From Nitriliruptorales bacterium (GTDB taxonomy: Bacteria; Actinomycetota; Nitriliruptoria; Nitriliruptorales; Nitriliruptoraceae): a stretch of 64,000 nucleotides of DNA. How positions within the stretch are numbered: the first letter of the stretch is position 1; each line of letters starts with the position of its first letter. Shown piece after piece: positions 30,902 to 40,518 of the stretch. The stretch spans positions 17,468 through 81,467 of the forward strand of contig JBBSMS010000002.1 in assembly GCA_038233055.1 (NCBI GenBank), written 5' to 3'. The notes below the pieces were generated by a model. The model was not told where the DNA came from. It was given only the letters and a program-made list of their open reading frames with translations, and made no database searches. A program made the translations under genes and the position numbers.

Positions 30902-31027
30902 CTGGGCGTGGAATCGGCAGGATGTTGCAGGATCGACACCCGCTCGGGGTGGGTGGGGGAAGGTTGGTCGCGCGGGTGCCCGTTGGGTGGGCGTGGAATC
31001 GGCTGGATGTTGCCGGATCGACACCCG
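30902..31027. repeat. Two 41-bp palindromic repeats (family 1) separated by a 44-bp spacer
   Basis: 30902-30942 CTGGGCGTGGAATCGGCAGGATGTTGCAGGATCGACACCCG and 30987-31027 GTGGGCGTGGAATCGGCTGGATGTTGCCGGATCGACACCCG, each followed by CTCGGGGTGGGTGGG. Confidence 0.85.
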
Positions 31028-31107
31028 CTCGGGGTGGGTGGGGCGCCAGGGGAGGTGCGGGGGCGCCGGGGGGGGGGGGCGGCGGTGCGGGGTGTTCGGG
31101 GGAGGGG

Positions 31108-31536
31108 TCAGTCGAGTTCGTCGGCTTCGACGAAGGGGATCTCGTCGGGCTCCTCGACGACCTCGGGGTCGTCGTCGGCGCCGCCCATGACCATCAGGAG
31201 GGCGCCCAACAGCGAGATGTTCTTGGCGGCGTGGACGAGTTGGGCCTGCTTGGCCTGCTCGTCGTCGGCCTCGGCCGGGTTGTGGCCCAGTGCGGTGGCC
31301 GGCACGAGGTTGGCGGCCAGCGCGAAGGCCGACAGCTTCGGGAAGATGCCGAGTGCCATCGTCGCGCCAGCCACCGCGTTGGTCACGTGGTGTGCGGTCT
31401 CCAGGGTGCTCGGTTCGGGCAGCCCGGCGTCGTCGGCCACGGCCGCCACGTACCCCCGGTTCTGCAGGCCGGTCGCGCCGGACTGGATGAAGACGGTGGA
31501 GAGGGCCATGCGGCCGACGGTGGTCAGGAAGGACAT
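31108..31536 (-). CDS. DoxX-family membrane protein
   Basis: GRMALSTVFIQSG; ALAANLVPATALGH; KNISLLGALL. Confidence 0.85.
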   Translation of the reverse strand: MSFLTTVGRMALSTVFIQSGATGLQNRGYVAAVADDAGLPEPSTLETAHHVTNAVAGATMALGIFPKLSAFALAANLVPATALGHNPAEADDEQAKQAQLVHAAKNISLLGALLMVMGGADDDPEVVEEPDEIPFVEADELD

Positions 31537-31716
31537 GTTCGGATCCCCGGATGGTGGACGATGGGACGACGTTGCGAGTGTAGGAGCGGCCCCACCCCGA
31601 CCGCCGCCCGATGGGGCAGGGATGTCGCGGCACGGGGATACGGTGACCGACCGTGCTGCCCGCGTCGAGGGATTCGACCGGTCGGCCCGACATCGATGTC
31701 CCGGGAGTCGAAGTCC

Positions 31717-33663
31717 ATGTCCAGCGAGTCGTCCAGCCCACGCCGCGACCCGGCGTCGCTGCGGCATGGCTGGGACCTGGTCCGTCGGCAGTTGCGCACG
31801 GCCCCCGTCGGTTTCACCTGGGGTGCGCTGGGAGCCCTGCTGTACGCGGGAATGACCATCGCGTCGTCGCTGGTCGTAGGGGCGGTCGCGGACCGGCTCC
31901 TGCTGCCAGCAGCCACCGAGCCTGCCACGGTCGGCGCGATCGCGTTGGCGGCCGGCGCGATCGTGGCGGTGGCGCTGTTCAAGGCCGTCGGCGTGGTCGG
32001 CCGTCGACTCGGGGCCTACATCGCCCAGTACGGGCTGCAACGCCACGACCGGCGGCTGGTCACCCGGCGCTACCTCGCGCTCGGGATCCCGTGGCACCGC
32101 CGCCATGCCACCGGCACGTTGCTGTCCAACGCGTCGTCCGACGTCGAGTCGGCCGCCTTCGTGGCGGCCCCACTTCCGATGGCGCTGGGCGCGACCGTCA
32201 TGCTGTTGGTCACGGCGATCCTGCTGATGGTCGCCGACCCGTGGCTGGCCGCGGTCGGGTTCGTCGTCGGGCCGCTGATCGGGGCCGCGAACTACTCCTT
32301 CTCGCGCCGGATGCGGTCCGTGTCGCGCATGGCCCAGTCGACCCGTGGCGACGTCGCCGAGGTCGCCCACGAGAGCTTCGACGCCGCCCTGGTGGTCAAG
32401 ACGCTCGGCCGAGAGGTCGCCGAGATCGCGCGCTTCGACGACGAGACCGGCCGCCTGCGCGACCACCTCATCAGCCTGGGCCGCCTGCGCGCCGTGTTCG
32501 ACCCGGTCGTCCAGGCGCTCCCCAACCTCGGCATCCTGGCCGTGCTGGCGGTCGGTGCCTGGCGGGTCGAGCAGGGCGTGCTGACCGCGGGGTCCCTGAT
32601 CACCTTCGCGTACCTGTTCCGGCTCGTGGCCATGCCGATGCGCGTGTTCGGGTGGCTGCTCGGCCAACTGCCCCAGGCGGTCGTCGGGTTCGATCGGGTC
32701 AGCCGGGTCCTGGGTGCCGACGAGGACGTGGTCTTCGGCGATCGTGACCTGGCGGTCGAACGGGCCGCCCGGGTCGACGCCGACCGCGTGACCTACCAGC
32801 ATCCCGCGACGACCCGCGCCGACCTCGACGTGGCGGGCGACCCGGCGACGGATCCGGACCAGGTCGCGGTCGTTCCGGCCGGCGTCGCGACCAACGGCCA
32901 CGCCGCGGCCGAGACCCGTGGGGTGCAACACCTCGACCTGCACCTCGCACCGGGGCGCACGCTGGCCGTCGTCGGAGCGACCGGCAGCGGCAAGACCACC
33001 CTGGCGTGGCTGCTGGTGCGTCTGTACGACCCCGACACCGGCCACGTCCGGTTGGACGAGATTGCGCTGCCCGACCTGGACCGGGCGACCCTGGCCGAGG
33101 ACGCCGTGCTGGTGTTCCAGGAGGCCTTCCTGTTCGACGACACCGTGCGGCACAACATCACGCTGGGACGGCCGGCCACCGACGACCAGGTCGAGGCCGC
33201 GGCCCGACTGGCCGCCGCGCACGACTTCGTGGTCGACCTCGACGACGGCTACGACACCGTCGTCGGCGAGCGCGGGGCGACCTTGTCCGGTGGCCAGCGC
33301 CAGCGGGTCGCCCTGGCCCGGGCGTTGCTGCGGCGACCGCGCCTGCTGGTGCTCGACGACGCCACCTCGGCCGTGGACCCGACCGTCGAACAGGCCATCC
33401 TCAACGGCCTGCGGGCGGCCAATCTCGACACGACCGTGGTGCTGGTCGCCTACCGGTCCGGGTCGATCGCGCTGGCCGACGAGGTCGCCTTCGTCGCCGA
33501 CGGGGCCGTGGTGGCGCGTGGCAGCCACCACGACCTGCTGACGACCGACCCCGCCTACGCCCGGTTGGTGGAGGCCTACGACACCGATCGCGCCGAACTG
33601 GCCGGACGGGGGGCGTCCGGCGACGGCGGGCCCGCACGAGCCGATGCCGGGGCGCGACCGTGA
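31717..33663 (+). CDS. ABC exporter, TMD+NBD half (degenerate ATPase site)
   Basis: Walker A GATGSGKT, LSGGQRQ, Walker B LDDATS (E to D), switch VAYR (H to Y). Confidence 0.93.
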   Translation: MSSESSSPRRDPASLRHGWDLVRRQLRTAPVGFTWGALGALLYAGMTIASSLVVGAVADRLLLPAATEPATVGAIALAAGAIVAVALFKAVGVVGRRLGAYIAQYGLQRHDRRLVTRRYLALGIPWHRRHATGTLLSNASSDVESAAFVAAPLPMALGATVMLLVTAILLMVADPWLAAVGFVVGPLIGAANYSFSRRMRSVSRMAQSTRGDVAEVAHESFDAALVVKTLGREVAEIARFDDETGRLRDHLISLGRLRAVFDPVVQALPNLGILAVLAVGAWRVEQGVLTAGSLITFAYLFRLVAMPMRVFGWLLGQLPQAVVGFDRVSRVLGADEDVVFGDRDLAVERAARVDADRVTYQHPATTRADLDVAGDPATDPDQVAVVPAGVATNGHAAAETRGVQHLDLHLAPGRTLAVVGATGSGKTTLAWLLVRLYDPDTGHVRLDEIALPDLDRATLAEDAVLVFQEAFLFDDTVRHNITLGRPATDDQVEAAARLAAAHDFVVDLDDGYDTVVGERGATLSGGQRQRVALARALLRRPRLLVLDDATSAVDPTVEQAILNGLRAANLDTTVVLVAYRSGSIALADEVAFVADGAVVARGSHHDLLTTDPAYARLVEAYDTDRAELAGRGASGDGGPARADAGARP

Positions 33664-35480
33664 GCGCAACGACCACCGCACCCAATCCCGAGCGGGTCGG
33701 CCGCACCGACGCCATGGACACGGTCCGGCGTGGCCTGCGACTGTCCCCGGAGCTGCGGCGCGGGCTGGTCGTGACCGTGCTGCTGGCGCTGCTGGCCACG
33801 GCTGGGCGCGTGGTGGTGCCGATCGCGATCCAGCAGACCATCGACAACGGCCTCGGCCTGGACGGGCGTGCCGTCGACCTGCCGCTGGTGATCCGGTCGG
33901 TGGCGTGGGCGGCCGTGGCCGTGCTGGTGACGGCGCTGTCGTCGGTCGCCATGAACATCCGGCTCGCGACTGCGGTCGAGACCGCGCTCGCCACCCTGCG
34001 CGTGCGCACGTTCGGCCACATCCACGACCTGTCGATGCTCCACCAGGCCAGCGAGCACCGCGGCAACCTGGTCGCGCGGGTGACCTCCGACATCGACGAG
34101 ATCTCGCGGTTCATGCAGTGGGGTGGGTTGAACCTGCTGACGGCGAGCGCCCAACTGGTCGTGGCCAGCGTGGTGATGGCGGTCTACTCGTGGCGGCTCA
34201 CGCTGGTCGTGCTGGTCCTGTTCGTCCCGTTCGTGCTGGCCGCGAAGTGGTTCCAGGTACGGCTGACGGTGGCCTACACCCTGGTGCGTGAACGCGTCGG
34301 GGTGCTGATCGGGCGCCTGGCCGAGGTCGTCGTCGGCGCACCCTCCATCCGCGCCTACGGCATCGAGGACGACACCCAGGACCGGCTCGACCGCGCGATC
34401 GGGGACCACCATGACGCCGCGCTGGACGCGGGTCGGCTGTCGGCGTACTTCTCGGGGACGGGCGAGTCCTTCTCCGGCGCCGCGACCGCAGCGGTGGTCG
34501 TCGTCGGCGCGCTGCTGATCGGCTCGGGGGCCGAGTCGCCCGGCACGGTCATCGCCATGCTCTTCCTGATCTCGCTGTTCGTCGAACCGGTGCAGATCGC
34601 GGCCGAGACCGTCAACGAGGGCCAGACGGCGGTCGCCGGGTGGCGCCGGGTGCTGGACGTGCTGGACGTCGAGCCCGACGTCGCCGACCCCGGGGCCGAC
34701 GGACTTGTGCTGGCAGACCGCCCCGTCGGCGTGTCGTTCACCGGCGTCGGCTTCCGCTATCCCCGCCCGGGGGAAACCGCCCGCGAGGCGTCCGGGCCGG
34801 TGGTGCTCGACGACGTGTCGGTCGCGATCCCACCCGAACAGCACGTCGCAGTCGTCGGCGAGACTGGGTCGGGCAAGACCACCTTCGCCAAGATCCTGAC
34901 CCGCCTGATGGACCCGTCGACCGGGTCCGTGCAGGTGCAGGGTCTGCCTATCGACCGGATCGCGTTCGGGTCGCTGCGGCGTCACGTCGTGATGGTCCCA
35001 CAGGAGGGCGCGCTGTTCGCCGGGTCGATCCGCGACAACCTGTTGCACGGCCGCCCGGACGCGTCCCGTGCCGACCTCGACCAGGCACTCGCGGACCTCG
35101 GCCTGCAGGACTGGGTGGCGGGCCTGCCGGACAGCATGGACACTCCGGTGGGTGACCGTGGTGGGGCCCTGTCGGCGGGGGAGCGCCAGTTGGTGGCGCT
35201 GACCCGGGCCTACGTCGCGGACCCCCGACTGCTGGTCCTGGACGAGGCCACGTCGGCGGTCGACCCGGCCACGGAGGTGCGCCTGCGGCGAGCGCTGGAC
35301 GGGCTGACCCGCGGTCGCACCACGGTCACGATCGCCCACCGCCTGTCGACCGCGCAGGCGTCCGAGCGCGTCCTGGTGTTCGACGCCGGCCACCTGGTCG
35401 AGGACGGCGGCCACGACGACCTGGTCGCGGCCGGCGGCGTCTACGCCGACCTCTTCGCGTCGTGGGAGTCCGGCACCTGA
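33660..35480 (+). CDS. ABC exporter, TMD+NBD half (consensus site)
   Basis: GETGSGKT, LSAGERQ, LDEATS, IAHRLS; GTGA overlap with the previous gene. Confidence 0.93.
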   Translation: MSATTTAPNPERVGRTDAMDTVRRGLRLSPELRRGLVVTVLLALLATAGRVVVPIAIQQTIDNGLGLDGRAVDLPLVIRSVAWAAVAVLVTALSSVAMNIRLATAVETALATLRVRTFGHIHDLSMLHQASEHRGNLVARVTSDIDEISRFMQWGGLNLLTASAQLVVASVVMAVYSWRLTLVVLVLFVPFVLAAKWFQVRLTVAYTLVRERVGVLIGRLAEVVVGAPSIRAYGIEDDTQDRLDRAIGDHHDAALDAGRLSAYFSGTGESFSGAATAAVVVVGALLIGSGAESPGTVIAMLFLISLFVEPVQIAAETVNEGQTAVAGWRRVLDVLDVEPDVADPGADGLVLADRPVGVSFTGVGFRYPRPGETAREASGPVVLDDVSVAIPPEQHVAVVGETGSGKTTFAKILTRLMDPSTGSVQVQGLPIDRIAFGSLRRHVVMVPQEGALFAGSIRDNLLHGRPDASRADLDQALADLGLQDWVAGLPDSMDTPVGDRGGALSAGERQLVALTRAYVADPRLLVLDEATSAVDPATEVRLRRALDGLTRGRTTVTIAHRLSTAQASERVLVFDAGHLVEDGGHDDLVAAGGVYADLFASWESGT

Positions 35481-35679
35481 CCAGCAGCAGTCGTCCTGGT
35501 GTGGAGGTGGGGGTGCCGGGCGGCGGTCCGATGCCGGCCGGCCATGCTGGGCACGGCCCCCGGACGACGCTCCCGCGCCGGCACCGGCCGGCACGCCGTC
35601 GCCTTCGAAACGCCCGCAGCGACCCTCCGGTTCGACTGGTCCGCCCAGGGCCATGACGGGCAGCGGCGGTCCGGGCGGA

Positions 35680-36564
35680 TCAGGCGACGACGTCCCAGGT
35701 GGCACGGGGGACCGGGTCGGCTCCGCAGGAGACCGGCCCGTCGGGCAGGGGTCGGCGGCGCAGGACGACGTGCTCGACGACGACGGCGTCGGACGTGCGG
35801 CGGGTCACGTGGACGGTCGCGTGGTCCGCGTCGGCGGGATCGGTGGGGGCGAGGGTGACGTCGGGGACGTCGGCCGGATCGACCAGGTCGTGACGTCGTC
35901 GTACGGCGACCTCGGCGACCTGCGCCGGACGTGCCAGTGCGGCATTGCCCCGGTAGGTCGCGAGGTCCAGTCGGCCGGTGCCCACCGCCGCCCAGAAGTC
36001 GTCGACCTCGTCGACGAACCCGTGCACGGCCCCGCTGGGAAAGGACAGCACGCTGGGCGCGAAGCGATGGCCACCGGTGTGGGAGGTCTCCCACACGGCG
36101 TCGCCGCCCGCAGCCGCAAGGGCCGTGACCAGCGGCCGTCCCCACTGGGCGCAGCAGGCGTCGCGGCGGCCATGCGTGCACACGGCCACCATCGGGTCGG
36201 TGACCACGGTGGCGTCGGCGGGCGGTTCGTCGGCGGTGGCGGCTGCCACGTCGAGGTCGACCAGGTCCTCGACGGGGAGGTCGAGGCGGGCCGTCCAGCC
36301 GGCGACGAGGTTGACCAGGAACACCGCCCGGGTCGGGAGACGACGGCGGTCGGGGCGGCGGATGGCCTGGTAGCGGATGCCGGCGCGCTCGGTCTCGTTC
36401 GCGAGGTGGGCGCAGACGGCATGCGGGAGGGCCCCGTCGACCAACGCGTCACGTCCCCACGGTCCGTGGTCCTGGACCAGGATCCAGTGCGTGGCGACCG
36501 GTGCGGTCCCCGGCAGGGGCTCCTCGTCCCGGGCGAGCAGGGCACATCGGACGGCGTCGTCCAT
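35680..36564 (-). CDS. Sucrase/ferredoxin-like protein
   Basis: C.......EPL.GTA; VCTHGRRDACCA..GRP; WETSH.GGHRFAP. Confidence 0.88.
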   Translation of the reverse strand: MDDAVRCALLARDEEPLPGTAPVATHWILVQDHGPWGRDALVDGALPHAVCAHLANETERAGIRYQAIRRPDRRRLPTRAVFLVNLVAGWTARLDLPVEDLVDLDVAAATADEPPADATVVTDPMVAVCTHGRRDACCAQWGRPLVTALAAAGGDAVWETSHTGGHRFAPSVLSFPSGAVHGFVDEVDDFWAAVGTGRLDLATYRGNAALARPAQVAEVAVRRRHDLVDPADVPDVTLAPTDPADADHATVHVTRRTSDAVVVEHVVLRRRPLPDGPVSCGADPVPRATWDVVA

Positions 36565-36912
36565 GGTGATCGGCCCCTCCCGGCGTCGGACCCGGACCGT
36601 ATCCCCGGCGTCGGCGTCGGCGGATGTCGACCGGCCACCGGCGACCGTCAGCCGCTCCGTCGGCGACCCGCCCCGGGACCGCGGACCGCGGACGTGAGGC
36701 CGGCCGGGGGCAGCGGTGGTGGACAGGCGGGCAGGGCCACGCTGCAGGGGCCCCGCACCTGCGATAGCCTGTCGTCCGATGCGGTTCCGCCGGCGCGGGA
36801 CCGTTCCTTTCGTCCGTCCCACCACTTCGCTCCCGCAGCCGCCTCGCGCTGCTCGCCTCGCCTCGGCGACGCGCCCGCGCCTGCACCGTCCCACGACTTT
36901 CAGGAGGCCACC

Positions 36913-37212
36913 GTGTACGCGATCATCGCCACTGGCGGCAAGCAGTACCGCGTCCAGGAGGGCCAGCACCTCACCGTCGAGAAGCTCGTTGGCGACGTCG
37001 GCGACTCCCTCGACCTGCCGGTCGTGCTGGTCGGCGACGGTGCCGACGTGACCACCGGGTCCGACGTCTCCGACCGGACCGTCAGCGCCACCATCACCGA
37101 GCACGGTCGTGGTGACAAGATCCGGGTCTTCACCTACAAGAACAAGACCCGCCAGCACAAGCGCCGCGGTCACCGCCAGCACCAGACCACCATCAAGATC
37201 GACAGCATCTGA
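36913..37212 (+). CDS. rplU: 50S ribosomal protein L21
   Basis: CAGGAGG RBS, GTG start; YAIIATGGKQYRV...GHRQ..T.IKI. Confidence 0.98.
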   Translation: MYAIIATGGKQYRVQEGQHLTVEKLVGDVGDSLDLPVVLVGDGADVTTGSDVSDRTVSATITEHGRGDKIRVFTYKNKTRQHKRRGHRQHQTTIKIDSI

Positions 37213-37269
37213 CCCGCCCACACCACCCCCGGCCAACACCGGGGACGGGCCCACCCGAAGGATTTCACC

Positions 37270-37521
37270 ATGGCGCACAAGAAGGGCGGCGGTTCGTCCA
37301 ACAACGGCCGCGATTCCAAGTCAAAGCGACTCGGCGTCAAGCGTTTCGGGGGTGAGGTCGTCAAGGCTGGCGGCATCATCGTCCGCCAGCGCGGCACCAA
37401 GATCCACCCCGGCGACAACGTCGGCCGCGGTGGCGACGACACCCTGTTTGCGCTCGTCGACGGCTCGGTCCGGTTCCGCAAGTCCGGTGCCCGGACCTTC
37501 GCCAACGTCGACCCGAACTGA
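37270..37521 (+). CDS. rpmA: 50S ribosomal protein L27
   Basis: [24 protein letters not shown]. Confidence 0.99.
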   Translation: MAHKKGGGSSNNGRDSKSKRLGVKRFGGEVVKAGGIIVRQRGTKIHPGDNVGRGGDDTLFALVDGSVRFRKSGARTFANVDPN

Positions 37522-37565
37522 ACGACCGGGTCGGCCGACGACACCATGTCCGCCGAACCGCACCG

Positions 37566-37586
37566 GGGGCTCCCCACGGGGAGTCC
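37566..37586 (+). terminator. Hairpin after rpmA (possible terminator)
   Basis: GGGCTCCCC-ACG-GGGAGTCC stem; no U tract. Confidence 0.35.
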
Positions 37587-37737
37587 TCGTCCCGTTTGAC
37601 GGGCCCCGGGCCCGTCGGCGACCGCCGCGCGGCAGGATCGCGTGGGCGGGCCCGCGGGGACCGACCCACTCGCACCCGACGGCTGCACCGCAGCGCCGGG
37701 ACCGCGACCCGACCACCCACCACGAAGGCCCACCGAC

Positions 37738-39261
37738 GTGTCCGACGCCATCGAGTTCGTCGATTCCACCTCGATCCACGTACGGGGTGGTCGTGGCGGC
37801 AACGGCGCGGCCTCCATGCGCCGGGAGAAGCACGTTCCGCGGGGTGGTCCGGACGGTGGCAACGGTGGCCGGGGCGGTGACGTCGTGCTGGAGGCGGACC
37901 GGGGCCAGGCATCGCTGCTGGACATCTCGCGGCGCCCGCACCGGCGCGGTGAGGACGGCGGACACGGCTCCTCCCAGCGCAAGTTCGGCGCCGAGGGCGA
38001 TGACACCGTCGTGACCGTGCCGATCGGCACCGTCGTGCGGACCCGCGACGATCGCGTGCTGGCGGACCTGACCCGGCACGGGCAACGGTTCGTGGTGGCC
38101 GAGGGTGGCCGCGGTGGGCGTGGCAACGCCGCCTTCGCCAATCGCCATCGACGGGTCCCGCGGTTCGCGGAGTTCGGCGAGGAGGTCGTCGAGCACACCC
38201 TGCGCCTGGACCTCAAGGTCATCGCGGACGTCGGGCTCGTCGGGTTCCCCTCGGCGGGCAAGTCCTCGCTGGTGTCGCGCCTGAGTGCCGCCCGGCCACG
38301 GATCGAGGCCTGGCCGTTCACCACGCTCACCCCCCACCTGGGGGTGATGCGGGCCGGCGACCACGCCGACGGCAGTCCGATCGACGTGGTGCTGGCGGAC
38401 GTGCCCGGACTGGTCGAGGGTGCCAGCGACGGCAAGGGTCTGGGCCACCGGTTCCTGCGCCACGTCGAACGCTGCCGGGTGCTGCTGCACGTGCTGGACA
38501 CCTCACCGTTCGACCCCGGTCGGGACCCCATCAGCGACCTCGAGGTCCTGCGGGCCGAACTGGTTGCCCACGACCCTGCCCTGGCCGACCGGGTCGAGGT
38601 GGTGGCCATGAACAAGGTCGACGTGCCGGACGGCGCGGCCATGGCCGAGATGGTCCGGCCGGAACTCGAGGCCCGTGGCTACGAGGTCTTCGAGGTTTCG
38701 GCGGTGTCGGGTGCCGGCCTTGACGCGCTGCGATACCGCCTCGGTGACCTGGTCGCGGCCGCGCGCGCCGCAGACCCGGAGGCCACCGACGACGGCGGCG
38801 AGGCGCCGATCGTCATCACCCTGGACGACCACGGTCCCGCCTACCGGATCGGCCGGGACCCATCCGGGCGGCTGGCCGTGGTGGGCCGCCAGGTCGAGCG
38901 CTGGGTCCAGATGCTGCCGGTCGACAACCCCGATGCCGCCCGGTACCTGCAGGGTCGACTGCGTCGCGCCGGCGTGGTCAAGGCGCTGGTCGGGGCTGGC
39001 GCGCGCTCGGGTGACGAGGTGGTCATCGGCGACGTCCTGTTCGAGTTCGAACCGGAACTGGACGACCTGCCCGCGGACGAGCGGGCCGAGATCCTGGCCG
39101 GGGAGTTCGACGACGCCGACCCCGACGAGGTGGACGGGCAGATCGCCATCGACGACGTGACGTCCGCGGTCACGACCGACGCCGACGACACGGCGGCCCC
39201 CGACGACGCCGACGACGCCGACGATGCCAGCCCCGCTGCGGTCGTGGGCGAGGGAGGCTGA
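37738..39261 (+). CDS. obgE: GTPase ObgE/CgtA
   Basis: Gly-rich Obg fold GGPDGG.GG.GG; G1 GFPSAGKSS; PFTTL.P.LG; D.PGLVEGA; NKVD; C-terminal OCT domain and acidic tail. Confidence 0.97.
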   Translation: MSDAIEFVDSTSIHVRGGRGGNGAASMRREKHVPRGGPDGGNGGRGGDVVLEADRGQASLLDISRRPHRRGEDGGHGSSQRKFGAEGDDTVVTVPIGTVVRTRDDRVLADLTRHGQRFVVAEGGRGGRGNAAFANRHRRVPRFAEFGEEVVEHTLRLDLKVIADVGLVGFPSAGKSSLVSRLSAARPRIEAWPFTTLTPHLGVMRAGDHADGSPIDVVLADVPGLVEGASDGKGLGHRFLRHVERCRVLLHVLDTSPFDPGRDPISDLEVLRAELVAHDPALADRVEVVAMNKVDVPDGAAMAEMVRPELEARGYEVFEVSAVSGAGLDALRYRLGDLVAAARAADPEATDDGGEAPIVITLDDHGPAYRIGRDPSGRLAVVGRQVERWVQMLPVDNPDAARYLQGRLRRAGVVKALVGAGARSGDEVVIGDVLFEFEPELDDLPADERAEILAGEFDDADPDEVDGQIAIDDVTSAVTTDADDTAAPDDADDADDASPAAVVGEGG

Positions 39262-39262
39262 G

Positions 39263-40411
39263 GTGGCGGCGACCCCCGACGTCGGTGCCGGGGCCGGCCG
39301 GCCGGACCTGGTGGTGGTCAAGGTCGGGTCGTCGTCGCTGCGCGGGGACGACGGGTTGCTGGACCGCGCGATGGTCGCCTCCCTGGGTCACCAGTTGGCG
39401 GCGGTGCGTGCGGCCGGCACCGGGGTCGTGCTGGTGTCGTCCGGGGCGGTGTCGGCCGGGATGGGGCTGCTGGGCCTCGCCACCCGGCCCACCGATCGCG
39501 AGCGACTCCAGGCCTGCGCCGCGGTCGGCCAGGCCGAACTGATCAACGCCTGGCAGCAGGCGTTCGCCGACCACGGGCTGTCCGCGGCCCAGGTGCTGTT
39601 GACCCAGGACGACTTCGTGGCTCGCGGGCGCTACCTCAACGCCCGCCAGACCCTGACCCGACTGCTGTCGCTGGCCACCATCCCGGTCATCAACGAAAAC
39701 GACGCCATCACCTTCGACGAGTTGGCCTATGGCGACAACGACCACCTCGCCGCCCTGGTGGCCTCGATGCTGGACGCGGACCTGTTGGTGCTGCTGTCGG
39801 ACGTGGACGGGCTCTACGACGCACCGCCGACGGCGGCGGGGGCGACCGTGATCCCGGCCGTCGCCGACGTCGCCGCCCTCGACCTGGCACGCATCGGTGG
39901 GACCGGGTCGGCCTTCGGGTCCGGTGGCATGCGCACCAAGGTCGAGTCGGCGCAGGTCGTCACGGCGTCCGGAGGGGCCGTCGTCATCGCGAACGCCTCC
40001 CGGCCCGATGTCATCGGCGACGCGGTCGCCGGTCGCGACGTCGGCACCCGCTTCGCCGCCCGCGAGCGGTCGGTGGACGCGCGGCGACTGTGGATCGGCT
40101 TCGCCCTGCGGGTCCGGGGGCGCCTGGCCGTCGATGCCGGGGCGGTCGCGGCCCTGACCGCCCGGGGCCGGTCGCTGCTGGCCGTCGGCGTCACGGCCGT
40201 CGACGACGACTTCCCGGCTGGCGCCTGCGTGGCCATCGACGGGCCCGACGGGGTGGAGGTCGCACGTGGCCTGGTGACCCTGGCGGCCGACGACCTGCGC
40301 CGCATCGTCGGCCACACCACCGCCGACGCCCGCCGTGCGCTGGGGTCGGACCGGATCCGCGAGGTCGTGCACCGCGATCACCTGTTCGTGCTGCCCCGTC
40401 ACCGTGCCTGA
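39263..40411 (+). CDS. proB: Glutamate 5-kinase
   Basis: VVKVGSSSL, VSSGAV, PVINEND, FGSGGM.TK and a PUA domain. Confidence 0.96.
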   Translation: MAATPDVGAGAGRPDLVVVKVGSSSLRGDDGLLDRAMVASLGHQLAAVRAAGTGVVLVSSGAVSAGMGLLGLATRPTDRERLQACAAVGQAELINAWQQAFADHGLSAAQVLLTQDDFVARGRYLNARQTLTRLLSLATIPVINENDAITFDELAYGDNDHLAALVASMLDADLLVLLSDVDGLYDAPPTAAGATVIPAVADVAALDLARIGGTGSAFGSGGMRTKVESAQVVTASGGAVVIANASRPDVIGDAVAGRDVGTRFAARERSVDARRLWIGFALRVRGRLAVDAGAVAALTARGRSLLAVGVTAVDDDFPAGACVAIDGPDGVEVARGLVTLAADDLRRIVGHTTADARRALGSDRIREVVHRDHLFVLPRHRA

Positions 40412-40518
40412 GCGCGTGATGCGGGGACTACCATCCGCCCGGGCCCGGCGGGCGCCGACGACCCGATCGACGGACCCGGGCACCACGACGCCAGCCGCGG
40501 CCCGCACGGAGGACCACC

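Noticed and set aside
29667-31027. Calling the 41-bp repeats a CRISPR array
   Set aside because: Only two repeats per side, variable loops within the repeats, and no cas genes in the window; reported as REP-like instead.
40412-40518. c-di-AMP riboswitch upstream of ktrB
   Set aside because: The region is too short (~107 bp) and has no ydaO consensus.
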